A stretch of DNA of 64,000 bases from Sminthopsis crassicaudata (lineage: Eukaryota): NCBI RefSeq assembly GCF_048593235.1, contig NC_133621.1, positions 254,841,238 through 254,905,237 on the forward strand. Direction: 5' to 3'. The position numbers and the translations under genes were made by a program. Shown here piece after piece: positions 1 through 13,879 of this stretch; position 1 is the first letter of the stretch; every line of letters starts with the position of its first letter. The notes under the pieces were generated by a model. It was not told the origin of the DNA. It made no database searches and worked only from the letters and a program-made list of their open reading frames with translations.

Positions 1-1412
1 AGCTAAAATAAGAGTTATTGTGACTTTAAAAATAAACAAAATAACAAATCAAAACCATAATTGTTTTGAGTTTGGAACATCAATAGCTAAATCTGAGAAA
101 CAATGTATTGGGCAGCTTCATGTCTTCCCTCTACCCAGAGCTCCACCAAAGCTTCCCCTTCTTCTCAATATCTCCCCATTAACAGAATATAAGTTTCTTA
201 TGAGCAAGGACTATTTCTTTTGGTCTTTCTATTCACTAAAGCCTACCATTTTTCCTGAAATACTGATGTGTTTACCAAATATTTATTATTATAAATTTGA
301 GAGTACAAATTAAATACCAACTATAGCAAAAATGAAGCATTATCTCAACCAATATTTATTATTTATTTTGATGGCAGGACTTTCATTAAGGTTACTTTAT
401 TGAAATAAGCTTCAGATAATCTTTAGCTGGTAATTTGACTGAAGGCTTGAGCTTTCATGGTGCCCTTAGAAAATACTACTTCTGCAGGTTTCACTCCCAT
501 ATTTAATTTGCACAAAAAAAAAAATTCTAAATCAAAAAATTCTTAAACTCATGGGCAAACTGGTGGCAAGTCCATTTAGTCAAATTGATCCTAGTGACAA
601 TAGGCAGCTAAATCTGTCATCAAATTCATATGTAATATGTAACTGTAGCCTGATATGCACTGCTGACGCTTATATTCTATTGGGATAGCCTCAGCTCACC
701 TCTTTGCCACAGAGAGGCATGGGAGAGGAGGACTTTTAGTGAACCATAAAGAAATAAGCAAGGAAAAAAGCCACTCAGAACTGAAATGTGATTCTGCTAG
801 AATTTTAGGTCCTCACAAAAGGGCCTAGAAGGAATAGGGCAAAGTGTTTCTCAAACCAATATTTACTGGTTTAGGAAAAGAGAAGTTTCTGTGACTTCGG
901 CTAGTATGTTTTTGGGAAAGGGTGGTTTTGGTAATAATTATTATCTTGGAAGATGGGGTATCTTTCCCCCTTTGAATTCCCATAATGCCTTAAAGCTTTT
1001 AGACTTCCTAAAATGCTTCTATAAACTCCAAACATCCCATCAATAACTGTCAACTACCAGATTCTTTGCTAACAAAGGCAGAGTATGATACCTGACTTCC
1101 TGATTTTTATTTTCTAGTCTTTCCAACTCTTAAAAACTGGGCTATGAAAAACAACTCATTATTTACACTATAATTATCTGCATAGCATTTAAACCTTGAT
1201 GCCATGAACAAAAGATGATTTTGAGGAAAGAAATAAGCGGCCAAAGAAAACTTGAAGAGTACTTAGTCCTTTGAGTTTAGAACAAAATAAAAATCAAAGA
1301 AGAAATAATACACCAGAAATCTTTTTTAAAGTGCTTGCAGGCTCTCTGACCCTCACAAGATCTTTCCTTTTTACTTCATGTTTTGTTATCCTTTATTAGA
1401 AATGAAAGGACC

Positions 1413-1572
1413 GGGGCAGCTAGGTGGCGCAGTGGATAGAGCACCAGCTCTGAATTCAGGAGGATTTGAGTTAAAATCAGGTCTCAGACACTTAACATTT
1501 CCTAGCTGTGTGACCCTGGGCAAGTCACTTAACCCCAGCCTCAAAAAAAAAAAGAAAGAAAGAAAGAAAGAA
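1413..1572 (+). mobile_element. WSINE1-type CORE-SINE with A/GAAA tail
   Basis: Starts GGGGCAGCTAGGTGGCGCAGTGGATAGAGCAC; contains the core ctagctgtgtgaccctgggcaagtcacttaacc. Perfect 15-bp TSD AGAAATGAAAGGACC at 1398-1412 and 1573-1587. Confidence 0.9.
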
Positions 1573-2536
1573 AGAAATGAAAGGACCTTACTGTTCACAT
1601 AGCACAGTTCCTAGAACACAGTAAGCATTTAATAAATGTTCTCTCTCAACTTAAACTCCTATTGGAGCTTATGAGTATACTCTTAAAAGAAAATCTGGAA
1701 TTAAAAGGCAAAGAAAAAAAATTCAAGACTGTTTTTTCCAAAATCAAATGTAAACTGTGCAGTTTTAAAAGTGCACTTTATTTTAAACATATAATTCTAA
1801 AGGAGTGGTCATGAAAGTTGGATGTCTCATTTTTCTCCTAAGCCAGTTCCAAAATGCTAAATCTAAACATCATAAGGATCAGAGTCAGAGCTAAAAAGAA
1901 AACTGGAAGTCATTTAAGTCCAACCTGAGAAACAGAGGCCCAGAAAGGTTAGTTGTCTTTCTAAGGAGTCATAAAAGTAATAATGTGGAAGATCCTAGAT
2001 TTGAATGCAGATTATACTCTAAATTTAACTATTTCTAATGCAACAAACCCAAATTTCAGTGCCTGCATTTACTGGTTATTTCATTTATGTCACCCAAAAA
2101 AGAGATGACATTGGACCTGGAGATATAACTAGAAAAGCTTCAAAAAACAGGAAGAGTTTTCTAGCTTATGGACAGAATTATCAGGGCTTTCATAGTCCAC
2201 TTTGGCCTGACCCTTCCATATTTTCATTTGGATGGAGAAAACATCAGTAATCTAGAAAGAGAAGAGGCAATAACTTTTCATATATTCCAACAATGGCCAG
2301 AGCTTGTATTTCATATCTTTTTCTTGTGGAGAAGAAGAATCACACTGGGTATTATTGTTAGACTTAAGGCAAGTAGGGAAGGGTTGGCCTACCTGTATAG
2401 ATTCCTATGTTCCAGATCACCAAACATTTTGCACAAGAAGCAAGCTACTGCTTGTCACCCATTTGGGCAATGTAGTGTAAAGTTAACAGCCTTGGTCTTC
2501 AAGTCAGAAGACTGAGTTCACAAATCTCTATGATAC

Positions 2537-2678
2537 TTTTTTTTTTTTTTTAATTATTATAGCTTTTTCTTGACAGAACATATGCATGAGTAATTTTTCA
2601 ACACTCTCCCTTGTAAACACTTCTGATTCAACTTTTTCCTTCCTTCCCTCCACTCCCTCTCCCCTAGATGGCAGGCAG
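2537..2678 (-). mobile_element. Short 5'-truncated L1 3'UTR end inserted in a MIR-like element
   Basis: Poly-T start followed by the marsupial L1 3' terminus. TSD TCTATGATA at 2527-2535 and 2679-2687. Confidence 0.85.
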
Positions 2679-3445
2679 TCTATGATAGCCAATTCAGTTT
2701 TCTAGTTTTCCTCAGTTTTTAAAAATAGATTTTTGTACCCCACAAGTTGTTGCAAGGTAGGATGCTTTATAAATAAGAAAGTGCTGAATTAAGTGAAGGT
2801 TGTTCTCCACAAATTCTAAAAGCACAGAATATTCAGGATACTTTCCAAAACCCATTGGGTTAAATGGCAGACATCCCTTGGGGTGATCCAACTCAAAGCT
2901 AGGGATTGACCTTTCTCTACCCTGTTATGCATCACTCAAATCCTTGCTACTGGAGAACTGGGCTCATACTTTGAATTTAAGTTGCACTGAGTTTCAATGA
3001 GAAATAAGAAGCCATGAAATTGAACAAAGCCTTGGACTCTAGAAATAGTTAAGCTAAAGATGAAAGAGAATGAACATCTTGCATACCAAATGTTTCAAAC
3101 ATATCATGTTATCCAAATGTCATTTTTGTGGTAAACCACTACCAAAAAGCTTCCACATACACAGAAAAGCTAGTTTTCAATTATATTTTTTAAAAAGCTT
3201 AATGAGTAAATGAAAATGTTTAGCTAGTGGTATTTAGATGCAAGCCTGAAAAGAAAACTGAAGTTTAGTGTTTATATGCTAAAAGTACATTTTATTGAAT
3301 ACAGATGATGAAACTGTGTGATATTTTTCACGTGTTATTTCCTATAAATGTTTTCTCCCCTCCTGAAGTGTACTTATCAAACATACAAAAAATCCTTAGT
3401 TTATAAATTGATATTCTTATATCTGTATGAACTGGTCCTTTAAAA

Positions 3446-3789
3446 CAAGGGTTCTTAAATTGGAAGAAGGGTCCTGTTTACTTGAGAATACATAACACAT
3501 ATGCTTATAAACATATGCCATATATAATACATCCATGTAAACATATACATCATATGTAGTGATAACTATTTTTCAATATACTTGATTTCCTTTGCAAGCC
3601 TAATCAAATGTAAGACATTTACATCACCCAGAAAAGAGATGAAAATAGACCTGGAGATATGACTAGAAAAATTTTAAAAACAGGAAGAGTTTTCTAGCTT
3701 TAATTTATATATTTAAAAACATTATTCTGAGAAAGGGGTCCATAGGTTGCTCAAGGAGAACCCAATACAAAATAGGTTAAAAATTTCTA
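3446..3789. mobile_element. Non-autonomous hAT/Charlie-like MITE (MER5-like ends), interrupted by a local duplicate
   Basis: Ends caagggttcttaa ... ggtccatagg ... aggttaaaaatttct. Homologous to the copy at 33556-33751. Confidence 0.55.
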
Positions 3790-4339
3790 CCAATTATATT
3801 CTTAAAATGGCATACCAGTGCACAATACCAGTGTCAGACTCCCTTACTATAAAGTTCTAAAATCCTTTGTCTTTTTCATATCTGGGGTGGCTAGGTAGAG
3901 TGGATGTTAGATATTAAATCAGATACAACCAAGTTCAAATTCTGCTTCTAACATCAGTGACTCAGGGCAAATCATTTTCAGTTATCAATTTCCTCATCTC
4001 TAAAATGGGGATAATGATAGTACCTAATTTTAAAGGGTTGTGAGAAAGTGTAAAGCACTTTCTTAAAGCATTACATAAATGTAAATATTATTATATATCT
4101 AAACTGACTATTTTATATCCCTACTACAATGGCAGATATTTTCATCATTTTAAAACTTTTATAGCACTAGACCTTTTTAATCATCTTTCAAAATCCCTAC
4201 ACAATGTGAATTGATTTATCTTTTCTGGTCTTAACACAATAAATCCCTTTCACATAGTTTCAGTATCTCTTTCTTCTTTGCATTTGCCTAAATCAACCTC
4301 CATTCCTAGAATACATACTCTCTCCTGGGACATTACCAG

Positions 4340-4500
4340 TCACTTTGACTTATGTCTTGCCACTGAACTCCAGTGACTCTAGAGGAAAGAATAAGGCTCA
4401 TGACTTTGCCTAACTCTGCCTCATTTAAATCCAATTCACTGGCAAGTCAGGACACCAACCGTCACTCATATCAATGGTTCTCTTAGAGAATAAAGGAAAA
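4340..4500. mobile_element. Marsupial RTE-related SINE fragment (WALLSI/MAR-type; exact family uncertain)
   Basis: gtcttgccactgaactcc...atttaaatccaattcact motif, shared with 50480-50640. Confidence 0.5.
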
Positions 4501-4749
4501 TCCCCTCATCTTTTCAAAAATTCTTTTATTCCTTTTAAGTTCATCTCAGATATCATCTCCTTGTATCTCTTTTTTTACATCTTTTGTTGGTTCTTGTTCA
4601 TCTCTTTGTCTCTCTACTCCCCCAGTTAACTTGTTTATTGCATTTCCTACTCCCACTTATCATACATCTTCCAGTAAATTATAAACTCCACGAGGGCAAG
4701 AAGTGTTATTTTTTTTCTTTGCATACCAAAAGTCTTACAGTGCTTTGTA

Positions 4750-4752
<3 letters not shown>

Positions 4753-4808
<56 letters not shown>
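4753..4808 (+). repeat. (AC)28 microsatellite
   Basis: Uninterrupted AC repeat. Confidence 0.97.
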
Positions 4809-4812
<4 letters not shown>

Positions 4813-6149
4813 GTGCTTAATAAATGTGTGGAAGTGCAGCTAGTTCACCATTATCTCATTAACTATAGGATAAATAAGATGCAATAAAGCCAAATACCAA
4901 TAGCCCATGCTGGGATCAAGTGGTACCATGAATTAATAAATGGGTAATTAGCGGGTCGAGAATGAAGACCATGGCCATGGAGAAATTTCTGAGGCTGTAC
5001 TAAACTAGAAGTAGAATATCTCTCTAATGAAACTTCCTAACTTGGTAAAGCCTTTGCTAATAGAGATTTACCACTTTTAACAAATAAACTGGATCCTGAT
5101 GTAGTTTTTCATCATCCTGATGTAGGGAGGTATACTCATTTTAAAAAATTAAACTAACATCACATTCTTGAGGTCAGTATTGGGAAGGTCTTCTGTAAGT
5201 TTGTTAATGGGAAGCCATGTAATACATCAATTTCCTGCATTCCTAGCAATTTTGGGGATAATTAGTCATTTGAAACTTTAATACAAGAAAGTCTTGAATA
5301 TTTCTACATAACTTCCTTGGCATATCTGATACATTCAAGAATTCTGTTAGTGATATTGTTTCTGAGAAAAACTGACATACTAAAATACGAAATTATAATA
5401 TGTTTATGCTCCATAATGTTTAAGCAATTAGGATGAAAACAATGGTGCTACTATTTCTAGTCCTGAATTACTGACTTATCCTAATAGTTTAGGTTCTAAT
5501 TTGAATACTCAAAGGCTTATTCTTTGTTTATGTATTAGGATACATTCTTTTCTTACATAATAAAATTCTGTGAATAAATGCTACACTATTTCACTGTAAT
5601 TCTAGTAAATCAAATTACATATTGAACAGTTAAAGGCTCTAAAAATTGAGACAATGGAACCACTCTGAATAAAGTTCAGGATTAAACAAACTCTGTGGGA
5701 CATTTTATATTTACTCATTATATTGTTGGATTAATTTAAAAAAACAGCTTAAATATTTTGATTATGTTGAATTTGGTGTATTTTAGAGCACATAATAAAG
5801 GCAAGAAATAATTATATGCCCATAAAATTATTTTACATAAGAAGAGTTCTAGATTTTCTAGTGGCATCTTCTTTAGATGATCCTTAATTATGAGGAGATT
5901 ACTTTGGTTTAGCAGAACATAGTGCAGATGTGTCCTATATCAAAATTGGAGAGAATTCAGCCACAGACTTGGCTAAGGACCAGGCCAGTTGGTTTCCACC
6001 AGAAGGCTAGCCCTCAGGTGATAATTTTGAGAGGATAGGAGGGAAGAAGGAGCACAGCACATTTATTTATTTATTTTAGTTAGCTCGAAGTCTCAAAGGT
6101 CCTCCCCAATCTGGCACCAAACCACCTCTCTAGCTTTACCTCTCCCTAT

Positions 6150-6650
6150 GACTTCCTTTTGCCAAAGTGGACGTTATTATCTTACTTCTGAACCTGCACT
6201 ATATTTACCTGCTTTGGTGCCCTTGCTGAAAGTGTTCTCTAATGTCATGAATTGCTTCCTTTCCCCTTTCTACCTGCAGCATTCCTATCAATTCTTCAAG
6301 TGGTTCCATATTACTAAGTCAAAATACACACTCCTCATTTTGTCTTCTAAAATGCCCCAAAATCTAGCCACAGCTCATGTTTTCAGGCTCCCTGCTATAT
6401 TATTATCCTCCATGCATTCCTCAATCTAGCAAAGCTGATCTACCTTCAGCTTCCCATATAACACATCCCATTTCCTATTTCCATGATCTTGCAGAAATTT
6501 CCTCACATGTTCATCTCTTAATCTGATTTCCTTCAAGACCTGATTTAAATACCACTTCCTACAGAAAGCCTGGCTTGATGCCATCAATTACTAGTGTCCC
6601 CTTCCTCAAAATTATTACTTAATTTTAATTAATTTATATTTATCTACCAA
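6150..6650 (+). mobile_element. L2 LINE 3' fragment
   Basis: Pyrimidine-rich degenerate L2-like 3' sequence (ttccttcaagacctgatttaaataccacttcctacagaaagcct). Confidence 0.5.
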
Positions 6651-9600
6651 TTTCATTACCTGACTTCTGGTGAGCACTTACTGCGAAGAGTGAAGTTTAC
6701 CCTTCAATGAGACAGATGAAAATGTGCTTCAAAGTCATTCCTGCTAAGTTACACTGATCAGATTCTGGGTTCCCTTAGTTGAACCCCTCCCCAAGGAACA
6801 GAAATCTCTCTACCTCCAAATAATGCATTTGAGGAAAATTTTAGTAGTGGTGGACTTTTAAGTTCCAGCAAATAATGATTCTTATACAGAGTTATCCTGT
6901 GTTTTTTACATGGTGTCATCATATGCAGTCAGAATTCATTGTAAATGTTGAGAAAGAATGAAAAATAGAAAGATATTGCCAAACATTTTGTAGAATTTCA
7001 CTTTCTTTCAAATTAGAGGCTACAAATACTCAATAAGGATCTGGAAAACCATAAAACAAAGCATACTTTCTACACCTCAGGGCAACAAGGGGGGAGAACA
7101 ACTAAGATTGAATATTGAATCCATTGTTACCCAATGTTTCCCTATTGGATCACAAAATCAGAAGTACAACTTGGAGAACCTTTAAAATAATCTAGTCCTC
7201 CTTCTTTATTTTATAGATAAGGTTCTGAGGCCAGTAGATGATTAATACTTATTGAATTACCTTGATTGTTTTTAATGATCACAAGGAAGGGATTCAATCT
7301 TGGACAGGGGAATGAGGTGAAAAAGGACTAATGTAATACTTTAAAAAAAAAAAAAAGCATCACTGAAACTTTTTTAAACAAAGATTCAGGAAAAAAATGA
7401 AATAAAACCTTTCAACACAATAAGTCAAGGTGTTACACAATTGGTTTAAGATATACTTTTCCTTAATGAGAGCTTCTTTACAATGAATAGGATTGGTTTA
7501 TGTTTCAGAGCAGGGATACAGGAAGGGAGAGACAAGGTATGGTGAGCTGAGAAAATGCTCTTAAAGCCCATTTTGCTTTGTATCCATGTAAAATAATTCT
7601 ACATCATATCTTAAAAATGGTCAGGGAGGAAAATCCTGCAGACATTGTCTTTACAGGTGCATTGGCAGCTCATGGTCTATAAAGAACAAAAAAATATAAA
7701 ACCACACCTGTAATGGGATCAGACGAAACTAAATCCAGTTGAATGCAATGAGAAATGATACAGAATTTTGCCAAATAAACTCAATGCAAACAGTTCCATG
7801 CAAATCATAGTAACATCACTAAAATTTTATGGATCCCAGATATATGAACATTGAGGGATGGAAAACAAGGCTAATGAAAAATTCTCATCTTCCCCAAACA
7901 TTTACAAATACATAACTCTTTTCTACCTGGTGTTCAAGTATATCTTGGTCTTGGATTGTACTTATGATACCCTATCTCTCCAGCTTAAATCTTCAACGTG
8001 CTCTATGTTCCAGCCAGCTAGAAAACTTTTATTTCGCCACCCTCCCCAATAGACATTCTCATACATCCATGCCTTTGTTCAAAATTCCCTTTCTCCTCAT
8101 CTATCCTATCATCTACATCTATCCTATATTCCATATTGTTCTTTCCTAATCAACTCAAATGCCCCTTCCAACTCCCCAGACCTCAGTCCCATTATAACAG
8201 TTTTGACCATGTAATATTTTAAATGTAGCTACATGTGTTGCTGTTTTACTTCTTTCTCCATTTAACTTAAGTTTTTGAAAAACAGGGTTCTGTGCTAGTT
8301 AATTTTGCCTGCTTCAGCTTTCCCTATTCTGGCATAAGTGCTCAGCAAACAGCTGTCCCTTCAAATAATATCTGTTGTATTATATTGCATTGGGTTAAAG
8401 TGGCCTATAATACAAAGTTCCATATCAGTGACTCTTTATGTTCCACTGACTCCATTTTAAATCATTTTATAAAATAGCTATTTATGCCACAAATTGGATC
8501 CCACTGTAGATCCACTACCCTTCCTTTGGTAGCCTCCATTTTTAAATATAACAATTCAACCAGGAATGATGTGTTTTGGTAAAAGAATTAAGGATATTAT
8601 TTCTTAATAATTACTATAAATAAATTTAATAATTTTAATAATTAATATAACATACCTGGTCTGTAGCAGGCACAGTGCAAGGTCTTAGGGACATAAAGAA
8701 TTATGATTCAAGGAGCTTATATCAATAGGCAATGTGGCATGGTAGAGAAAATGCTAGACTTAGGATTCACATCTTACCTCTGAACTGTTTCATTTCAGTC
8801 TTTTACTTCAAGTATTTTACTTGATCATCTCACTTCCAGCTCTAATTTGTCATCCTACGATCCTACTGGTGGAAACTAAATAACCACAAGAAGGTCACAG
8901 GCATAAATACAAAGTAAATTGGAGATGGAGCATTAACCACTGAGTGAAGGATTCTGAGATTCTAAGGAGATAAGGGGTTTATATTACAGGGACTGTATTC
9001 CAGAGATGGGAGACAGTTTGTACAAAGGCACAGGGGCTGAAGATAAATTTCACATAGTAGGAATTGCAAGCATGGAGCTCTTGAGGACAGAACAGGAGGG
9101 GAAGGGAGTATAAACACACAAATCTGAACAAGTAGGCTAGAGGTAGACTGCGAGTTTAAATGCTAGTTTTTACTTTGTTCTGCCCTGCAAAGAGTAAAAT
9201 CTCAAAATGAATTTAGGAAAAGAAAAAACTTCCCTCTCACAAGGAATTAAATAATTATCCTTGTTACTCAATATTCTTTTAAAAGTTGTGAGAAAAGAAC
9301 TATGGTGCCATAGTAGCCAACATAGACATATGACTGACAATGATTAGAAATTAAGTACATGTTAAACAGAAATTAATAGTATCTTAAAGAAGGGATAGTG
9401 CCTGTAATCCTATCACTATTTACAAATGCAGCATCCACTTTAGCCAATGACTAAAAGAAGTAGGGAATGGGGGTCAGATGGATGGAATGGATGGAACAGG
9501 AAGACATAGCTGACCACATGCTGGAATTAGTAATCAACAGATTTGGATTTGAATTCTATTGGTATATTTTCTATACATGGGGCCATAGAAAAATCACTTA

Positions 9601-11399
9601 GTTTCTCAGAGCCTCATTTTTCTCATCTATGATACAGGAATATGACACTATCCATATCATTATATTTATCTTAAAGGTTTGTGCTAATGCTGGATAAATG
9701 CTTTGAAAACTTTTTTTTCCCTAAAGTAATATGAAGGAAACCAGATGGGACTTCTGTAGAAATAGCCAGGAGTTTGGTCAAATTCCCTAGAGTTCTCTCA
9801 ATGAGTTCCTTTTACTAATAGGTAAAGGATATTTCAGTTCGATGAATTAAGATTTGAATCCCAATTCTCCTACTTACTACTTTTGAGTTCCTTGACATCT
9901 CCAGTCTCCATTTTCTCATCTTTTCAATGAGGATATTAGACTAGGTGATCTTTACATATAATGCTAGATTTAAATGCTAAGATTCTCCCACAAAGATGGT
10001 GAAAGATCAGGAAACTAGGCAATATAAGTCAACAAGAATTTATTAAATATCTGCTATGGGTAAGGCACTTGGCTAAGCCATGCAACCATGGTTAAATAAG
10101 GGGAGGGAGGGGAAGAATTGCATGCTTATTTGGCACAGGATTATAGCCATTCATAAACACTTGAGGACCAATGAGTAAAACTCATAGGGAGACATTTCTC
10201 TGTTTAATAAAAAACTGCAGACAAATCAATAGCTTTTCTCCATTGGTTCTGAGTTCCCTGTCCACAGAAATATAACAGCAGAGGTTAAATGAATACAAGA
10301 CTGTTCTGAAGAGGATTAATTTAGAAATCCTTTTCAGCTATAAGATCCTATGACTTCCTGAAATTCTACAAGTAATTATATAATCTTGCAGGCTAATATA
10401 GTCTTTTAGAATATAAATACAATCAAGAAAGTAGAGGAAAAGAGACAGAGAAAGAAGTTAAACTTTATTCATAGCTGTGTTAGTTTAATTGAAGTCTTTT
10501 GTTTTTTTAAAATCATCTAGATGATTTATTTTTACAAATCAGATCACTTTTCTAGAAGTACTAGAGAAACAGAGTTTTTATGGAAGTAATATAAGGAGAA
10601 AATACAGAGAAGTTTAGTAAAAAATGTTAGTCACGTATGATTAATCATATTTTCATATTTTGGTATGATCACTAATTACACTTGTCAAGGATATATATTG
10701 CGGTATTCTCTTGATTACAATGCTATGGCAATGAAAAGTACCAGATTTTCACACTGCTTTAAGTCTTGGGTTCCAATAATTACCAGGCGCTAAGGTATGC
10801 CTTTGGGAAGTCCATAACCTCCCAAACTTCTCATTTTCTTTTTGTGAAATGAAGGTGTTAAATTAAGAAGAGGTGGAGGGGTATAGATGGCCCCAACTCA
10901 TTTCCTCTTTTATATCTATAATTAAACCAGAATCCAACAAAACACCAACTCCAAAAGTTCCTAGTAATTTTGATTTCCTCAACCCCTTTACATAAATCAG
11001 TGTATTGTGAACCCCCATGGAAATCTAATATTTTACTCATAACATTCTTCAATTATATACTCCTTAAGGCACTATTAAAGAACTGTGAGCACTACCCTCT
11101 TGGATCATTATGCAAAACTAATTAACTACAAAACAGGAACCACTGGTATATTTTAACCCATCCATTTTGCTGAACAGCAAACTGAGGCCAAGAGACCAAG
11201 AGCCTTGGCTGAGTGACTTCCTCCTTTACATCTCATATGTAAAGTGAGTATAATATTTGTACTAGCTTACATGTACAGACCTTCAGCTGTTGTAAGAAAA
11301 GGTCTTTGTAAATTAAAAAAGCTTTATCTAAATATGACTTTTTTATGTTTACTCCTATCTTTTTTAAAAATAAGAATGGAAAGTAAGATTTTGTAAACC

Positions 11400-11940
11400 A
11401 AATTATTGTAAACAGAAACCAGGATTATTCTGAATTATGCTAATTGGAGGAAATAACAACACTCAACAGCTAAAGCAAGCCCAGAGTGAGAATCACAGAC
11501 ATGAGTTGGTCAGAGCAGGGTAGATTATTTAACTGATCATTGCAAGTACAAAATTCCCTTAATCAAATATAAATGAATTCAAATGTAAAAACAAAACATT
11601 CTAAAAATCAGATAGAGTGATCCATTCATTAATCACCAATAAAAATGAAAATCCTTCAACAAAAGGGCAATCTCCCTCCTCCATAACAAAATCACCCACA
11701 AATTCCATCCTCATTCCCACCTCTGTGCTGGAACACTGCCCCTTTCATTCTCTCAATTGGTTATTTTAACATTGAAAATAAGCTTTTCCTTCAGCTAGCT
11801 CTTTCTTTCATTCTAAGCCATGGTGATCTCTACTTTCTCTGAGTTCTTGTCACAATTGAGTGTGTAAACTAAACAACTTATTATCACAGTTTTTGCACAG
11901 AAGGCCCCATACTTCAAATCCTAGAATCCCATTCCCCCAT
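11400..11940. mobile_element. Possible old solo LTR
   Basis: Complex non-SINE/LINE sequence with LTR-like termini (tgtaaacag... ...ccccattccccca). No TSD found and orientation unclear. Confidence 0.3.
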
Positions 11941-12129
11941 GTTTGGGAATAAAGTTAAGAAAATATATCGTCCTCTAAAACTGAAGTTGGTAATAATTAA
12001 GAAAACATGAGTAAAACTAGGCAGCATCTACATTAGTAATCCAGAATAAGAGAGTTTATAAACATAGTGTTAATAACATTTGAGTGGCTATTAAACTATC
12101 AAGATGAAGAAGTTACGCAGGAAATCAGC

Positions 12130-12480
12130 TTCCCCCCTTGCCATATAATCATCTACACAGGGATATAGCCTCTATACGATTTCTTGAACAAGATGCTCCA
12201 TCTCTAGATTCCAGGCATTTTTCATCTGTCCCCCATGCTTGGAATGTTCTCCCTTCTCATCTCCAATCTTCTTTCCAAGTTCCACTTCCCTCTTTGCATT
12301 CTTTTCTTTTTTTTTTTTTTTTTCCTGTATGTGGCATAATTACCCATATTTGTTTGTCATTTTCTCCCCTAGATTGTAAGCTCCTGGAAAGTAGGGACTG
12401 CTTTTTGTCTCTTTTTATATCCTCACTGCTTAACAAGGTGCCTATGACACAGTAGGCACTTAAATTCTTATTGACTGCAA
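12130..12480 (+). mobile_element. L2 3' end
   Basis: ctagattgtaagctcctggaaagtagggactg...cacagtaggcacttaaatt, a typical L2 terminus. Confidence 0.65.
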
Positions 12481-12968
12481 GAAACCAAGGATATAAGCTT
12501 AAGAAAGATGTAGATTTAAATTGTAATATTAGCTTTACCTTATTCTTAGAAATTGTATGTTTGTGTAGAGGTAATTTTATGACAGGTTCATATTAAGATC
12601 TAAGAATTCAATTATGCACAGTGCTAGTTATAGAGCCAGGAGATAAAAACAAGACTGTGTCAGCCCTCAAGGAAACTTTCTCCTTCCACAGGAAAGAATA
12701 CAAAATGTTGGCAAATAAGTTAAGTACAATGTATTTACAAAGCAATTTCCTGGGGGGAAAACCCTATCAAGTAGAGGGATCAGGCATGGTCTTAGGGAAG
12801 AGATGGTCCCTGGGATAGGCTCCAAGGAAGCTAGGGATTCTGTAAAGCAGAAGTAGAGCTTCACATATAAGGTAGGAGTTTTATTTATTTCCTGACCCAA
12901 GGGTCAGGAAATGAAATGCCAGGTTCAGAAAAGAAAGAAGGATAAAATGATAGCAGGGACATCAAAGA

Positions 12969-13112
12969 GGGGCATAGGTGGCATAGTGGATAGAGTACCA
13001 GCCTTAGAATCAGGATGGCCTGAGTTCAAATCAGACCTCAGCTACTTGTCTGTGTGACTAGCTGTGTGACCCTCAATAAGTCTTTTAACCCCAACTGCCT
13101 TACAAAAAGCAA
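12969..13112 (+). mobile_element. WSINE1/CORE-SINE copy
   Basis: ggggcataggtggcatagtggatagagtacc...ctagctgtgtgacc...ttaacccc followed by an A-rich tail. Confidence 0.8.
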
Positions 13113-13760
13113 AACCCAGAAAAAGATACTGAAGAGAAAAGGTCCTATGTGTACAAAATTATTTGGAGTAGCTCTTTATATATGGCAAAAAACTGGAAAG
13201 TGAGGAAATGCCCGTCAATTGGAAAACAGCTGAACAAATTATGGCATATGAATGTAATGTAATATTACAGTACTGTAAGAAATTATAAAGGGAAAGATTT
13301 CAGAGGAACCTTGGAAGACTTGTATAAATTGATTCAATGCTCCCTAAGCAATGCTTTCCAAACTGAGAATTATATGGTTGTCAATTCTATTTTTATTTAT
13401 TTATTTAGCAGCAACAAAGTGAACAATGTGACTATATATATATATATATATACATATATATACACATATATATGTATATATATACACACACAAAAAATAT
13501 CTCTGGCACATATTTATTATTTTTCAAATATATGTGGATAAAAGTGGTGATAAAGTGAAAATCCCATCTAATTAAAAAAAAAGTGATGCCAATGAAATAT
13601 AGCTCCTCTCTTAAGTGGGAGATGACTAAAATGGACGAATTTAGGTATATATCATCAGACAAGGCATCATGATCAATTTTTTTTTTGGCTTAATTCTTTT
13701 TCACAACAGATGTTTCAATGGAAAAGACCCACATAAAGACAAATAATGACCAAAAAAATT
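13113..13760 (+). mobile_element. Old L1 ORF2 end/3'UTR fragment containing a TA/CA microsatellite (about 13433-13492)
   Basis: aaaggtcctatgtgtacaaaattatttggagtagctcttt...gcaaaaaactggaaagtgagg, an L1 ORF2 C-terminal motif. Confidence 0.65.
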
Positions 13761-13879
13761 GTTGTTGTAATTTAAAAGAAGTTATTTTAGACTGATCTCA
13801 TTTACTCTCCTGAAATAGAGGCAAGGCAAAAAGATAAAAGAAATGATACAGCATCTTTGAAATTAAATAACTTACTGCA

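Noticed and set aside
20-2515. ORF-track ORFs such as 20-313 (97 aa) and 2168-2515 (115 aa), and similar short ORFs throughout the window
   Set aside because: No recognisable homology, composition typical of AT-rich intron, many overlap SINEs or microsatellites; lengths are expected by chance.
6676-6760. Minus-strand GTAAGT donor in complex sequence of intron 3
   Set aside because: Weak exon-side bases, no clear polypyrimidine acceptor and no PAWR-like peptide.
10900-10945. Look-alike of the PAWR exon 4 end (AGATATAAAAG on the minus strand)
   Set aside because: Not followed by GT and the upstream codons do not match EPPRTVSG.
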